DNA of 63,898 nucleotides, counting the filler, from Octopus bimaculoides (lineage: Eukaryota), in the NCBI RefSeq assembly GCF_001194135.2. It is 6 parts of 5 records of this genome, joined end to end, with 100 filler letters (N's around TTAATTAATTAA, not from the genome) between each part and the next. Parts side by side here need not be neighbours in the genome. Positions count along the whole stretch, not along the records: positions 1 to 18,278 come from NC_068984.1; 5 more parts are not named here. One strand, given 5' to 3'. Below, piece after piece: positions 1 through 10,654 of this stretch. The translations under genes and the position numbers were made by a program. The notes under the pieces are model-generated. The model saw only the letters and a program-made list of their open reading frames with translations, made no database searches and was not told the origin of the DNA. The number at the start of each line of letters is the position of its first letter. Positions within the stretch are counted from its first letter, which is position 1.

Positions 1-190
1 GAGCTAACAATCAGTTGTTTGAAATTACACACACACAATAGTAACGTGTGCAAAAGTATTATCATAAAATCACGAAAAAAAAAAAACAACTTTCAGCTGA
101 ATAAAATTACTGCTGTTGTTTGTCAACAATTATCGGCGGTGTATATTTCGTTTGTCACTGTTATTTATGACATCGTTCGTGCTTTTGTAC

Positions 191-441
191 TGGTTTTAGC
201 TCTAGGGTTTTAAGGTTAGGGTTAGGGTTCGGGTTTTAGAGTTAGGGTTAGGGTTTTAGGGTTAGGGTTAGGGTTCAGGTTTTAGAGTTAGGGTTAGGGT
301 TTTAGGGTTCGGGTTCTAGAGTTAGGGTTAGGGTCTTAGGGTTAGGATTAGGGTTCGAGTTTTAGAGTTAGGGTTAGAGTTAAGGTTTTAGGGTCAGGGT
401 TAGGGTTTTAGGGTTAGGGATAGGGTTTTAAAGTTAGGGTT
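191..441 (+). repeat. Interstitial degenerate telomere-like (TTAGGG)n array with a 46-bp higher-order unit
   Basis: TTAGGG mixed with TTTTAGGG, TTCGGG and TAGAG variants. The TAGAG variant recurs at 237, 283, 317 and 363 (spacing 46, 34, 46). Non-telomeric DNA on both sides. Confidence 0.9.
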
Positions 442-1183
442 ATCTTGAACTCATAAAACTATATAGAGTAGTAGCTGATCGCGATGTGTCGATAATACGC
501 CGATTTTAATTATGAACATAACAACACTCCGTTTCTCCCTTCTTTAATATGTAAAGCATTATGACAATTATTCGACCTGCAAGAAATATCAGCTCGATTT
601 CCCTAAAAATCGAATCCAACATTTACGAAAAGAGCTAGGAGGCACTGAGGAATGTAGTTAAAGATACACTCAAACAGGATAGTCATGACAGGAAAACCTT
701 TGATCATACTTTTACCAAATCCATGTGTCTCTTCATTTGCTATTTTCAGATCAGCTGGAAGCAAATGAATTCCATAAATGTTTTTTTTTCCATACAGCCC
801 TAAGTAAGCGACCTTGATAAATACAAAGTAACAAAGGTTTTTATATATTTTTTAAATGTTTAACTTCAAACGATAATCGTTCTTTTTTTTTTTTTCCTGA
901 CTTTCTATATGAGGAGCACCACTGGTCTTTAACTTTCATTGCGAAATGTGCCAAACTTTTTTTCTTTTTTTCGTAACACGAAGCAAAAAAGATTGACAAC
1001 CATTGTCGTAAACTATTAACTCCATGTCAACAATGATGTTTTGATTTGCTTCAAAATAATTTAGTTAATTTTTTTGGATAGAGAGAATGCGATACTCGTT
1101 ACAAATAGTTCAGTGTTTGTTTTAAACATCAAAAACAACTAGCGCACATATCCGATACATGACTAAACCTGCCAGTGATTACA

Positions 1184-1215
1184 TACAAGGTGTATTCCAG
1201 AAGTTTCGATACTTT
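1184..1215 (+). mobile_element. Possible Tc1/mariner-type terminal inverted repeat remnant
   Basis: TA followed by CAAGGTGTATTCCAGAAGTTTCG resembles TA-CAGGGTG mariner ends. No partner end found. Confidence 0.3.
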
Positions 1216-1529
1216 TTAAAGCGAAGCAGTTACAACTGTCCTAGATTATTGTAACTTTTGTATTTCGTTAGTAAGCTGACCTGTCAACTTTTATTTTACC
1301 AGATTGAAAGAGACGGCTGTAAGACATCTTGGTCATCCACTGCATCTGTCCCTATCCTCATTCGCTTTGACCTGGTCTTGTCACACAAAATAGAATATGG
1401 TCACGGACGAGAGAGCGAGGCTGATGGTGCGCAATTCTTCCTCACTTTAAACAATCAATGCACAAATCATCAGTCATCTTTGAGGATGACTAGATGATCT
1501 TCGTCGCTCCGACGGACGAACACGAATAT

Positions 1530-1815
1530 GCAGTTTGTATTTTTCCATGGTTTTAGGTTGAGGTTAACCTCTAAGAAATTTAAAATACTTACATTAGTGG
1601 TGTCCGGTATTTTCAGACCGAAATTATTGACGGTATTAATTAGGTCGCTTCAAATAGTATTTAACGTATGCCCATTGGTGTGCAGGGTTATAGCCAACGC
1701 ATTGTCTCTATATAAAACTACACCTACAGTGATTTTCTTTTTGATTGTATTTAATATATCCAAACCGACAAGATCACATACCTCTGCGCTGTTAATTCAA
1801 TCTTGACGTCAAACA
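1530..1815 (-). pseudogene. Penelope-like element RT fragment, second (non-Neptune) PLE lineage, decayed
   Basis: Manual minus-strand translation with a frameshift: MFDV../NSAEVCDLVGLDILNTIKKKITVGVVLYRDNALAI...NFGLKI..TNVSILNFLEVNLNL. This matches the PLE RT pattern FDVxMGSxDGAEVCELVG...GLYRDDG...NFLDVTLNL. Confidence 0.8.
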
Positions 1816-1861
1816 TACCTATGGGGTTTAATTTTTTTTTTTTTTTTTTTATTTAACTTAG

Positions 1862-1958
1862 ACAGGAGTGGCTGTGTGGTAAGAAGCTAGCTTCCCAACC
1901 ACATGGTTCCGGGTTCAGTCCCACTGAGTGGCACCTTGGGCAAGTATCTTCTGCTATA
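1862..1958 (+). mobile_element. SINE family A, tRNA-like head only
   Basis: CAGGAGTGGCTGTGTGGTAAG...GGTTCAGTCCCACTG..GGCACCTTGGGCAAGT; same head as 37742. Confidence 0.85.
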
Positions 1959-2660
1959 GATTTCGTGTAAGACACTCGAAGAATTTCACGGTTTCAGTTT
2001 ATTTCTAGCCCCAAAATGGCTTATTTTTAATATCTAGCATTATGTTTTTCTCCATTTCTAAGTTAAGGGTAAAAATAAAACAACCCAGCAAAACACAACT
2101 GATATTTACACACAGACGCACATAATAACGGCAATCAAATAAAGACAACAGAGTGCACAGCAAACATCAGCAATCTGACTGTTGCCTGTACTCTTGACAA
2201 GAGATGCCAGTCGACCGTTTACACCTACCAGACTCGTGTGTATTAGCCCGAGTTGCTGGATAATTTTTCGTTCCTTTAAGAATATTGTAAAACAGAAACT
2301 TTTCATAGATTAGAAATTCAAATCCTAATCTCTAGAAATTTAGGATTTCAAGAAAACATTGAATTTGGAGTACTTTTAATTTAACGATCATAGATAACAA
2401 CTCGGGCTGTAACTTCTGAGCCCGAGCCAGGCACGTGTGAATGATGTCAAGAGAACGTCTGCTACGAATATTTTTTGACACAGGGCATCTCTAAAACGAC
2501 CGCCAGACGCTGAACTGCGACCAGGCTCAATGAAAGGAGCCCGAGTTATTGGCTGAAATTAAATACTTGAAGTCAGTGTTGATAGAAATTAAATTAGCTT
2601 GCAAGTACACGCTCACTTCACTAAATTTATACTCGGGCTAACCCAAACAGCCACAGTGCC

Positions 2661-2662
<2 letters not shown>

Positions 2663-2707
<45 letters not shown>

Positions 2708-2816
2708 CGTGTGTGTATGTATGTATGTGTGTGTGTATGTATATGTATATATATATGTATGTGTGTATATATATATGCATGTATATATATATATATATGT
2801 ATGTATGTATATATAT

Positions 2817-2849
<33 letters not shown>

Positions 2850-2857
2850 CATATATG

Positions 2858-2888
<31 letters not shown>

Positions 2889-3021
2889 GTATATGTATAT
2901 ATATATATGTTGGTATATATATGTATATGTTTATGTATGTATATGTGTATGTATATATGTGTGTATGTTTATGTGTATATATATATGTATGTATGTATGT
3001 ATATATATGTATGCATATATA
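2663..3021. repeat. Compound (GT)n/(AT)n/(GTAT)n microsatellite running into an N gap
   Basis: Read directly; explains the track ORFs at 2599-3433. Confidence 0.97.
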
Positions 3022-3386
3022 NNNNNNNNNNNNNNNNNNNNNNNNNNNNNNNNNNNNNNNNNNNNNNNNNNNNNNNNNNNNNNNNNNNNNNNNNNNNNNN
3101 NNNNNNNNNNNNNNNNNNNNNNNNNNNNNNNNNNNNNNNNNNNNNNNNNNNNNNNNNNNNNNNNNNNNNNNNNNNNNNNNNNNNNNNNNNNNNNNNNNNN
3201 NNNNNNNNNNNNNNNNNNNNNNNNNNNNNNNNNNNNNNNNNNNNNNNNNNNNNNNNNNNNNNNNNNNNNNNNNNNNNNNNNNNNNNNNNNNNNNNNNNNN
3301 NNNNNNNNNNNNNNNNNNNNNNNNNNNNNNNNNNNNNNNNNNNNNNNNNNNNNNNNNNNNNNNNNNNNNNNNNNNNNNNNNNNNNN

Positions 3387-3413
<27 letters not shown>

Positions 3414-3418
<5 letters not shown>

Positions 3419-6270
3419 GAGGCAAGTAAATAGAGGAATGTTGCAGAGAGAAGGTGGAAGGTGGATTAAAAAAGGTAAAAAAGAACTAAGTGTAGGTGAA
3501 AGGGTGAAAGGGTGAAAGGAAAACGTTCATTCAAACTTGTCGGAGGCATAATGCCAAGATCAAATACGAGACATTGCTCCTTTCGTTTCCTAGAGAAGTG
3601 GGATCCGTGGTGCAAGGCCATGCCACACACTGATAAATCTTCAATATAATGATTCACAGTGTTAAACTGGGTGGCGACAGGTTGGCATGGCATACGTAGC
3701 ATTATGCTTCTGATGTGTTCGCGAAAGCGATCCCCAAGGCATCACCCTGTTTCTCCAATGTAAAGAGCACTGCAGAGTTTGCATCTGATGCAATATATGA
3801 GATTTGCCGAAGTGCAACAGTAGTGGTGTGTCATGTGATATTGCTTCCTGGGCCCTGTGATGGTGCTAATATTGTTGGTGTAGGGGCATGTGTTACATCG
3901 TCAGCGAGAACATTTAAAGGTTCCTGATTGTGCTGAGCTGGGAGCTGGGAAGCTTCTAATTAGGAAATTTCTAAGACTTCTATCTTTTTTAAAAGACAGG
4001 AGTGGCAGTGTGGGAAAGATAAGGGTGGTAGTTGGGTCAAAAAGAATGCGAAAGTTGTGGGTGGGTTTGTATTTTAGAGGGAGGATGGAAGGGTGGTTGG
4101 TGAGAGAGGGTGGAATACAGTCGGTGGAAGTGCGTGAAATTCGGGGGAGAGCTGCGGTGAAATTGATGGCTCGGGCTCGATGGAGTGCCGGGTCGACAAC
4201 TGATGGAGGATACCCTGGATTTAGAAAAAAACTGTTGCATCGCTTTGCAATGGGATTCGGAATCCGAACCGATGCTGCGAAGTCGTCGAAAGTGAAGAAA
4301 TTGAGAGATAGGTATGTGCTTGGGGTAAGAGGAAGAGTAGTGAAGGTAGGAGTGGGAGTCGGTAGGTTTGTAGTAGACAGAGGTGGAGAGGTGGGTATTG
4401 TATATTTTGACGGAAATGTCCAGAAAACAAACAGAAGTATCAGATATGGTGTAGGTGAATTCCAGGGCTGGGTGGAAGGTGTTAACGAAAGAAATAAAAT
4501 CGTTGAGCTGTTGTCTGTTAAGGGTTGTAGAGCCAATGCAGTCGTCAATGTAACGACCATAAAGCTCTGGGATGGGTCCAGAGAAATGAGCAAAGATTTG
4601 CTTCTCTACATAACCTACAAAGAGATTGGCATAATTGGGGCCCATCCTGGTGCCTCTGGCAACACCGCTGGATGCTTATAGAATTCACCAGAGAAAGAAA
4701 AACAATTGAGTGTTAAGACGAGCTCAGCTAGGCGGAGAAGTGTAGTAGTGATGAGTTCAGGTACAAAACGACGGTCTAAGAAATGTTTAAGTTCTAGTAG
4801 ACCGTCATTGTGAGAGATGACTGTGTACAAAAATTTAATGTCCATGGTGAAAAGGAGCTTGAATTCACCAGGTGGAAAAGAGAATGTGTTGAAGAGGTGT
4901 AGTGCATGGTTAGTGTCTTTGATATGCGAAGGTAGGGCAGCGACGAGAGGGGATAAAAGTTTGTCGAGGTAGGAAGATAAAAGTTCTGTGGGGCAAGCAG
5001 AGACAATAAGGCGACCGGGATTATCTTGTTTATGCATTTTAGGGACGAAAGATAGTGGAAGTTGGGGAGTGTTGTGACAATGAGGTTGGCGGCAGTGCTT
5101 GGCAGTGAACCAGAAGAGATCAGCTGATGTACAGTGGTCGAAACATTCCTTTGGTAATGGTTGGTGAGATCTCTTAGTATTTTCATGTAGTATCTTGGGT
5201 CGTTGANNNNNNNNNNNNNNNNNNNNNNNNNNNNNNNNNNNNNNNNNNNNNNNNNNNNNNNNNNNNNNNNNNNNNNNNNNNNNNNNNNNNNNNNNNNNNN
5301 NNNNNNNNNNNNNNNNNNNNNNNNNNNNNNNNNNNNNNNNNNNNNNNNNNNNNNNNNNNNNNNNNNNNNNNNNNNNNNNNNNNNNNNNNNNNNNNNNNNN
5401 NNNNNNNNNNNNNNNNNNNNNNNNNNNNNNNNNNNNNNNNNNNNNNNNNNNNNNNNNNNNNNNNNNNNNNNNNNNNNNNNNNNNNNNNNNNNNNNNNNNN
5501 NNNNNNNNNNNNNNNNNNNNNNNNNNNNNNNNNNNNNNNNNNNNNNNNNNNNNNNNNNNNNNNNNNNNNNNNNNNNNNNNNNNNNNNNNNNNNNNNNNNN
5601 NNNNNNNNNNNNNNNNNNNNNNNNNNNNNNNNNNNNNNNNNNNNNNNNNNNNNNNNNNNNNNNNNNNNNNNNNNNNNNNNNNNNNNNNNNNNNNNNNNNN
5701 NNNNNNNNNNNNNNNNNNNNNNNNNNNNNNNNNNNNNNNAAACTCGAACGGCACGAGTGAGAGGTAAATCGCTCGGGATGGTATAGACAGTGGAGGTGTT
5801 GAGCGAGGCAGGAGAAGTGGGACGGTGGGGGATGAGTGAGTGAATTTTGCGTGTCTTTTGTGCAACAAGGAAGTCGTACAGTTTGCTATTGAGGTGGCGT
5901 GTCTGAAGGAGTATGGCCTGAAGTAGTGTGGTCGAGCAAAGAGAGGTGAGAAGAGAACGGTAGTGGGTGATTTCTTGTGTGACATGGTCGCGCTGGGCGC
6001 AGAGGGTGCGGGTGGTGGCTCTCATAAATTGTTTGGAAGTAGAAGTGAGAATGTTGGTGATGTTCAGAGGATATTGAGTAGAACTGTGCTGCCTGAAGGA
6101 AGAATGGAAATTCAGGTTGAAGCCGCATAGTATGACGTTATGGCGCAGAGAGCGTCTAATAAAGTTCAAATGGCTGCAATAGCGAAAATAAAATTAGAAT
6201 ATCAAGTTCACTGTACCCCTTTCACGTTTTCTATATTTTTTCAAGTCTTGCCGACGCAGAGATACTAGAT
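3414..6270 (-). mobile_element. Near full-length Penelope-like retroelement, Neptune type
   Basis: N-terminal domain (5183-6169 ORF), RT, Cys linker and GIY-YIG in the expected order. The 3' end abuts (TA)n at 3387-3413. Interrupted by an N gap at 5207-5739. Confidence 0.92.
3520..6169 (-). pseudogene. PLE polyprotein (RT plus GIY-YIG endonuclease), disrupted by frameshifts and stops
   Basis: RT motifs KMHKQDNPGRLIVS, LFTMDIKFLYT, MGPNYANLFVGYVE, YIDD, FLDISV and YYKPTD; linker TFKCSR*RCNTCPY; endonuclease NLIYCIRCKLCSALYIGETG*CLGDRFREH. Confidence 0.92.
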
Positions 6271-6589
6271 TATGGCCTGATTATATATATATATAATCAG
6301 GCACATTCCCCTTCCTATTTATACATATAATTTATATTTAGTTTTGTTCTAAATAAAGTTTTTCGAATAGCTATTGACGTGTAGACATCAGGCATGTTGA
6401 AATCAGGAAGCTATAACTAAAGAAATATGTGATCTAACTGCCTCTAAATTAAGGTTTTTGCGTGCTTTTTCCAGTTATTATAGTTTTAAAATATTTTCGA
6501 AAATCAAGAAATACACGCATACAAACAATACGTCCATGGAGACATACCATAATGCATGTGTGCATGTGCGTTTGTGTGGGTATATACAG

Positions 6590-6721
6590 GGTCTGTATAT
6601 GTATGTATGTGTGTATGTATGTATGTATGTGTGTATGAGTGTATGTATGCATGTATGAGTGTATTTATGTATGTGGTTGTGTATATATGTGTATGTATAC
6701 AAATAGCTAGCTAGCTAGATG

Positions 6722-6765
<44 letters not shown>
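6590..6765. repeat. (GTAT)n / (GATA)n microsatellites
   Basis: Read directly. Confidence 0.95.
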
Positions 6766-6766
<1 letters not shown>

Positions 6767-6899
6767 ATTGCTCCATCTCACAAATTATTACCGTCTCCCT
6801 GTGCGTCTCGTTGTCAAAAACACTTTTGACTTTCCGTCCACGACCTTTTAGGTGACTAGTCTGGTTGTATTCATAAATACATACATACATACATAGATT

Positions 6900-7625
6900 T
6901 GTGATGATGATGATTATGTCGATGATGATGGCTGTCTACTCGTGACCAAGGAAGGCCACAGTTGACGGTTGTCCACGCCAAATGCCAGCAATGCCTGTGC
7001 ATGAGGTTATCGCACCCGCAGTTGGCTTTGCCCGACTTCACGCCCGCAGCTTCCAATGCTCGCCATGGCGCCCTCCAACTCGACCGGCCATCGGAAAGTT
7101 GCCTCGCTGGCAACTGCACAACCTAAAATATTAAGTCCAGTAACGCTTGCACAACACCTAACAGACCCAGACCCAACCCGCTATTGACATGATCCAGAGA
7201 GAAGTCGGGGCAAATATAATATGGGTTGCTGGCTCCGGAATATGGGAATTCCATGATTTCAAATGCAGGCAAAATATTCAGTGACATTTCCTGGACATCT
7301 GGTTTTATATTCGAGAGACCTCTTCCTAGAGACACACTTTAACAAAAATCGAAAGTTGCCTCACTCCCAGAGGTCTTCCAGCATGCTAGATACCAACCGG
7401 GAATCTCTGAGGATCCGTTATATTACTAGATAGTTGTTGAACCTAAACTGGGTTCATCCGTTCTTTTGACAGGTTTTGCTTTTAGTCCTACAAGGTTTTT
7501 AACAACCCTCCTTACTAGCCAAGCCCAGTGGGGGTGTCGGTTGAGTCTCCAGCGACCCGACCATGTAACAAGTTGTACTGGCTTCCATGTTACCAGTAGC
7601 ACTCATGAAAGACCTCAAAAGTGAC
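6900..7625 (-). mobile_element. Possible internally deleted non-LTR (RTE-like) element with a (CAT)n tail
   Basis: GC-richer island ending on the minus strand in CATCATCAT repeats. LSDGRSSWR weakly resembles an RTE C-terminal DRxxWR motif; the 5' part is UTR-like. No RT motif found. Confidence 0.3.
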
Positions 7626-7659
7626 CCGATACATACACATATACCTACTTATATAAATG

Positions 7660-7775
<116 letters not shown>

Positions 7776-8496
7776 TGAACGAGCTGATAAGGGCTAAACT
7801 TGAAATCTCAGTGTCTAATTAACAAATTTTACTCTACTAAATCGGTTGTGTCCCACTATCAGGTCACTGATAGTTGAGTCCCACTATCAGGGCATTGATG
7901 CTTTGCTTTCTCCAAATTAATCAACAATATCAGATAGATAAATAAACAGACAGACAGATAGGTTGGTAGGTAGATAATTACGAAAATAACTTTAAGGTTA
8001 GATATAATACGCTGAGAAGGTATGCAAATAACCCGGAATATTTATTTCTAACTATTTGAGAAGCATTTCGATTCGGTGCATTCATAATGTGTAGATATTT
8101 AAATTTAACACGCGTGATGTATATATGACAATGACTGTTCGGAAACTTAATGTAAATCAAGATTAAATATAACATTTATATTGTCTGTCTTCAAAGCGTC
8201 TCTCTGCACAGAAGTGTTTGCACCCATTTTCTAGAGTATCAAAACAAGACGAAACACGATCTATCTGAAAAGCACTGACTAGTGAAATTAAATAAATGAA
8301 ATAAGTATTCACATATATATGTTGCCAGCACGAGAACTTTAATTAATCGAGATTATATCTGTATTTAGAACAGATAAACACTGCTGAATAATGCTTTACT
8401 CAACCGAACAAAACCATGAGTGAGAACTCAAAATACTAAATTATAATAAATTGTTAAAAGCTGTGTTGGAGTTTTAATTAACTGAAATTTGACATA

Positions 8497-8638
8497 GATA
8501 ATCCTTTCTACTAAAGGCACAAGGTCTGAAATTTTGGTGGAGGGGACTAGTCAATTACATCGACCCCCAGTGTTTCACTGGTACTTATTTATCGACCCCG
8601 AAAGGATGAATGGCAAAGTCAACCTCGGCATAATACCT
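8497..8638 (-). mobile_element. SINE family B, 3' part
   Basis: Reverse complement of the GACTTTGCCTTTCATCCTTTCGGGGTCGATAAATAAGTACCAG core and the CTTGTGCCTTTAGTAGAAAGGAT tail. Confidence 0.85.
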
Positions 8639-8792
<154 letters not shown>

Positions 8793-9185
8793 AATATAGA
8801 AAGGATTGAGGTAACTCCTCCTGAAGATATANNNNNNNNNNNNNNNNNNNNNNNNNNNNNNNNNNNNNNNNNNNNNNNNNNNNNNNNNNNNNNNNNNNNN
8901 NNNNNNNNNNNNNNNNNNNNNNNNNNNNNNNNNNNNNNNNNNNNNNNNNNNNNNNNNNNNNNNNNNNNNNNNNNNNNNNNNNNNNNNNNNNNNNNNNNNN
9001 NNNNNNNNNNNNNNNNNNNNNNNNNNNNNNNNNNNNNNNNNNNNNNNNNNNNNNNNNNNNNNNNNNNNNNNNNNNNNNNNNNNNNNNNNNNNNNNNNNNN
9101 NNNNNNNNNNNNNNNNNNNNNNNNNNNNNNNNNNNNNNNNNNNNNNNNNNNNNNNNNNNNNNNNNNNNNNNNNNNNNNNNNNNTA

Positions 9186-9259
<74 letters not shown>

Positions 9260-9262
<3 letters not shown>

Positions 9263-9997
9263 TAGTTTTACTTTTTATAGTGTGCTTTCACTTCACTACC
9301 GAGAGCAGCTCCGTGTGCCTTGGGTATGTGCTGTGGTTTGCTGTGATGCTCTTATGGTTACTGTATTGAAAGTGTTTTGCGTTGGATGTGTTCAGTGACC
9401 AGTAGTGAAATTTTCTGTATGTTATATATACTTGTAGTCCTGGTATTTTTGTTATGTATTTGTCTGAATATTTTTTTATCATACCTAATGCGCCTACTAT
9501 GATAGGAATTGTTTCTGTTTTTAGATTCTACATTCGAGTTACCTCTATTTCCAGGTCTTTGTATTTTGAAAGTTTCCCTATTTCTTTTAGAAAAACGTTA
9601 TCTGCTGGTATTGATACATCAATTAGAAAGCATTTTTTTCTTCATGATATCTGACAACTATATCTGGCCTATTGACCTTAATTTCTCTATCTATGTGTAT
9701 TGGCATATCCCAGAGTATGGTTACTTTCTCGTTTTCTGTGACCTTTTCTGGCGTGTGCCTATACCATCTTTTTTCTGCTGTTATTCTATAGTGTTGGCAT
9801 AACCTCCAGTGTATGTAGGTCCCAACTCTGTCGTGTCTGTGAATATATTCCTTCTTAGCCAAGACTGGGCAGCCAGAGATAATATGATTTATTGTTTCTT
9901 ATCCATCTCCACATATTCTGCAGTTACTTGTTGTTTCTTTTCATTATATGTTTTTGGTAATTTCTGGTGGGGAGGCCTTGGTCTTGTGCACAATTAA
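9260..9997 (-). mobile_element. R4/Dong-clade LINE, 5'-truncated 3' fragment (CCHC knuckle plus restriction-like endonuclease) embedded in (TAA)n
   Basis: SNCRICGDG*ETINHIISGCPVLAKKEYIHRHDRVGTYIHWRLC...WYRHTPEKVTENEKVTILWDMPIHIDREIKVNRPDIVV. (TAA)n tracts flank both ends (9185-9258 and from about 9999). Confidence 0.88.
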
Positions 9998-9999
9998 AA

Positions 10000-10031
<32 letters not shown>

Positions 10032-10362
10032 NNNNNNNNNNNNNNNNNNNNNNNNNNNNNNNNNNNNNNNNNNNNNNNNNNNNNNNNNNNNNNNNNNNNN
10101 NNNNNNNNNNNNNNNNNNNNNNNNNNNNNNNNNNNNNNNNNNNNNNNNNNNNNNNNNNNNNNNNNNNNNNNNNNNNNNNNNNNNNNNNNNNNNNNNNNNN
10201 NNNNNNNNNNNNNNNNNNNNNNNNNNNNNNNNNNNNNNNNNNNNNNNNNNNNNNNNNNNNNNNNNNNNNNNNNNNNNNNNNNNNNNNNNNNNNNNNNNNN
10301 NNNNNNNNNNNNNNNNNNNNNNNNNNNNNNNNNNNNNNNNNNNNNNNNNNNNNNNNNNNNNN

Positions 10363-10430
10363 TGGCGTAGTGGTTAAGAGCGCGGGCTACTAACTCCAAG
10401 ATTCCGAGTTCGATTCCAGGCAGTGACCTG

Positions 10431-10482
<52 letters not shown>

Positions 10483-10642
10483 TCGAAAAATACCTTAGGA
10501 ATGAGAACCCAGGTTTTAAATTTCCCCAAGACACATGATGAAGGCTGGAGAATATATCAGCCGAAAGATGAGGACAAATATCCTTCAAATGTAAATAATG
10601 TAAATAATGTACATAATTCTTCATCTCTTAAATATAGAACTG
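10363..10642 (+). mobile_element. SINE family C: tRNA-like head, (AAT)n, hammerhead-like 3' region
   Basis: A-box TGGCGTAGTGG, B-box GAGTTCGATTCC, (AAT)n at about 10432-10480, then GACAC-ATGATGA-A-GGCTG-loop-CAGCC-GAAA at 10530-10566. Confidence 0.88.
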
Positions 10643-10654
10643 AATAATAATAAT

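Noticed and set aside
191-441. A true chromosome end
   Set aside because: The array is short, degenerate and has ordinary DNA on both sides.
2599-3433. Long ORFs such as MCVCVC/YIYIY (also the many X-containing ORFs elsewhere)
   Set aside because: They are translations of dinucleotide microsatellites and N gaps.
3890-4681. 263-aa + strand ORF (also 4615-5985 +)
   Set aside because: Antisense shadows of the minus-strand Penelope polyprotein.
7851-7900. TCCCACTATCAGG..CTGATAG resembling a tet operator
   Set aside because: Only partial similarity. It is a 28-bp tandem unit with a 7-bp hairpin, with no vector or bacterial context.
8811-8831. CTGAAGA, a possible hammerhead start next to (TAT)n
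   Set aside because: Cut off by an N gap; no stem II or GAAA is visible.
10363-10425. SINE heads as real tRNA genes (also 22741, 37742 and others)
   Set aside because: A and B boxes are present but there is no complete acceptor stem, and each continues into a SINE body.
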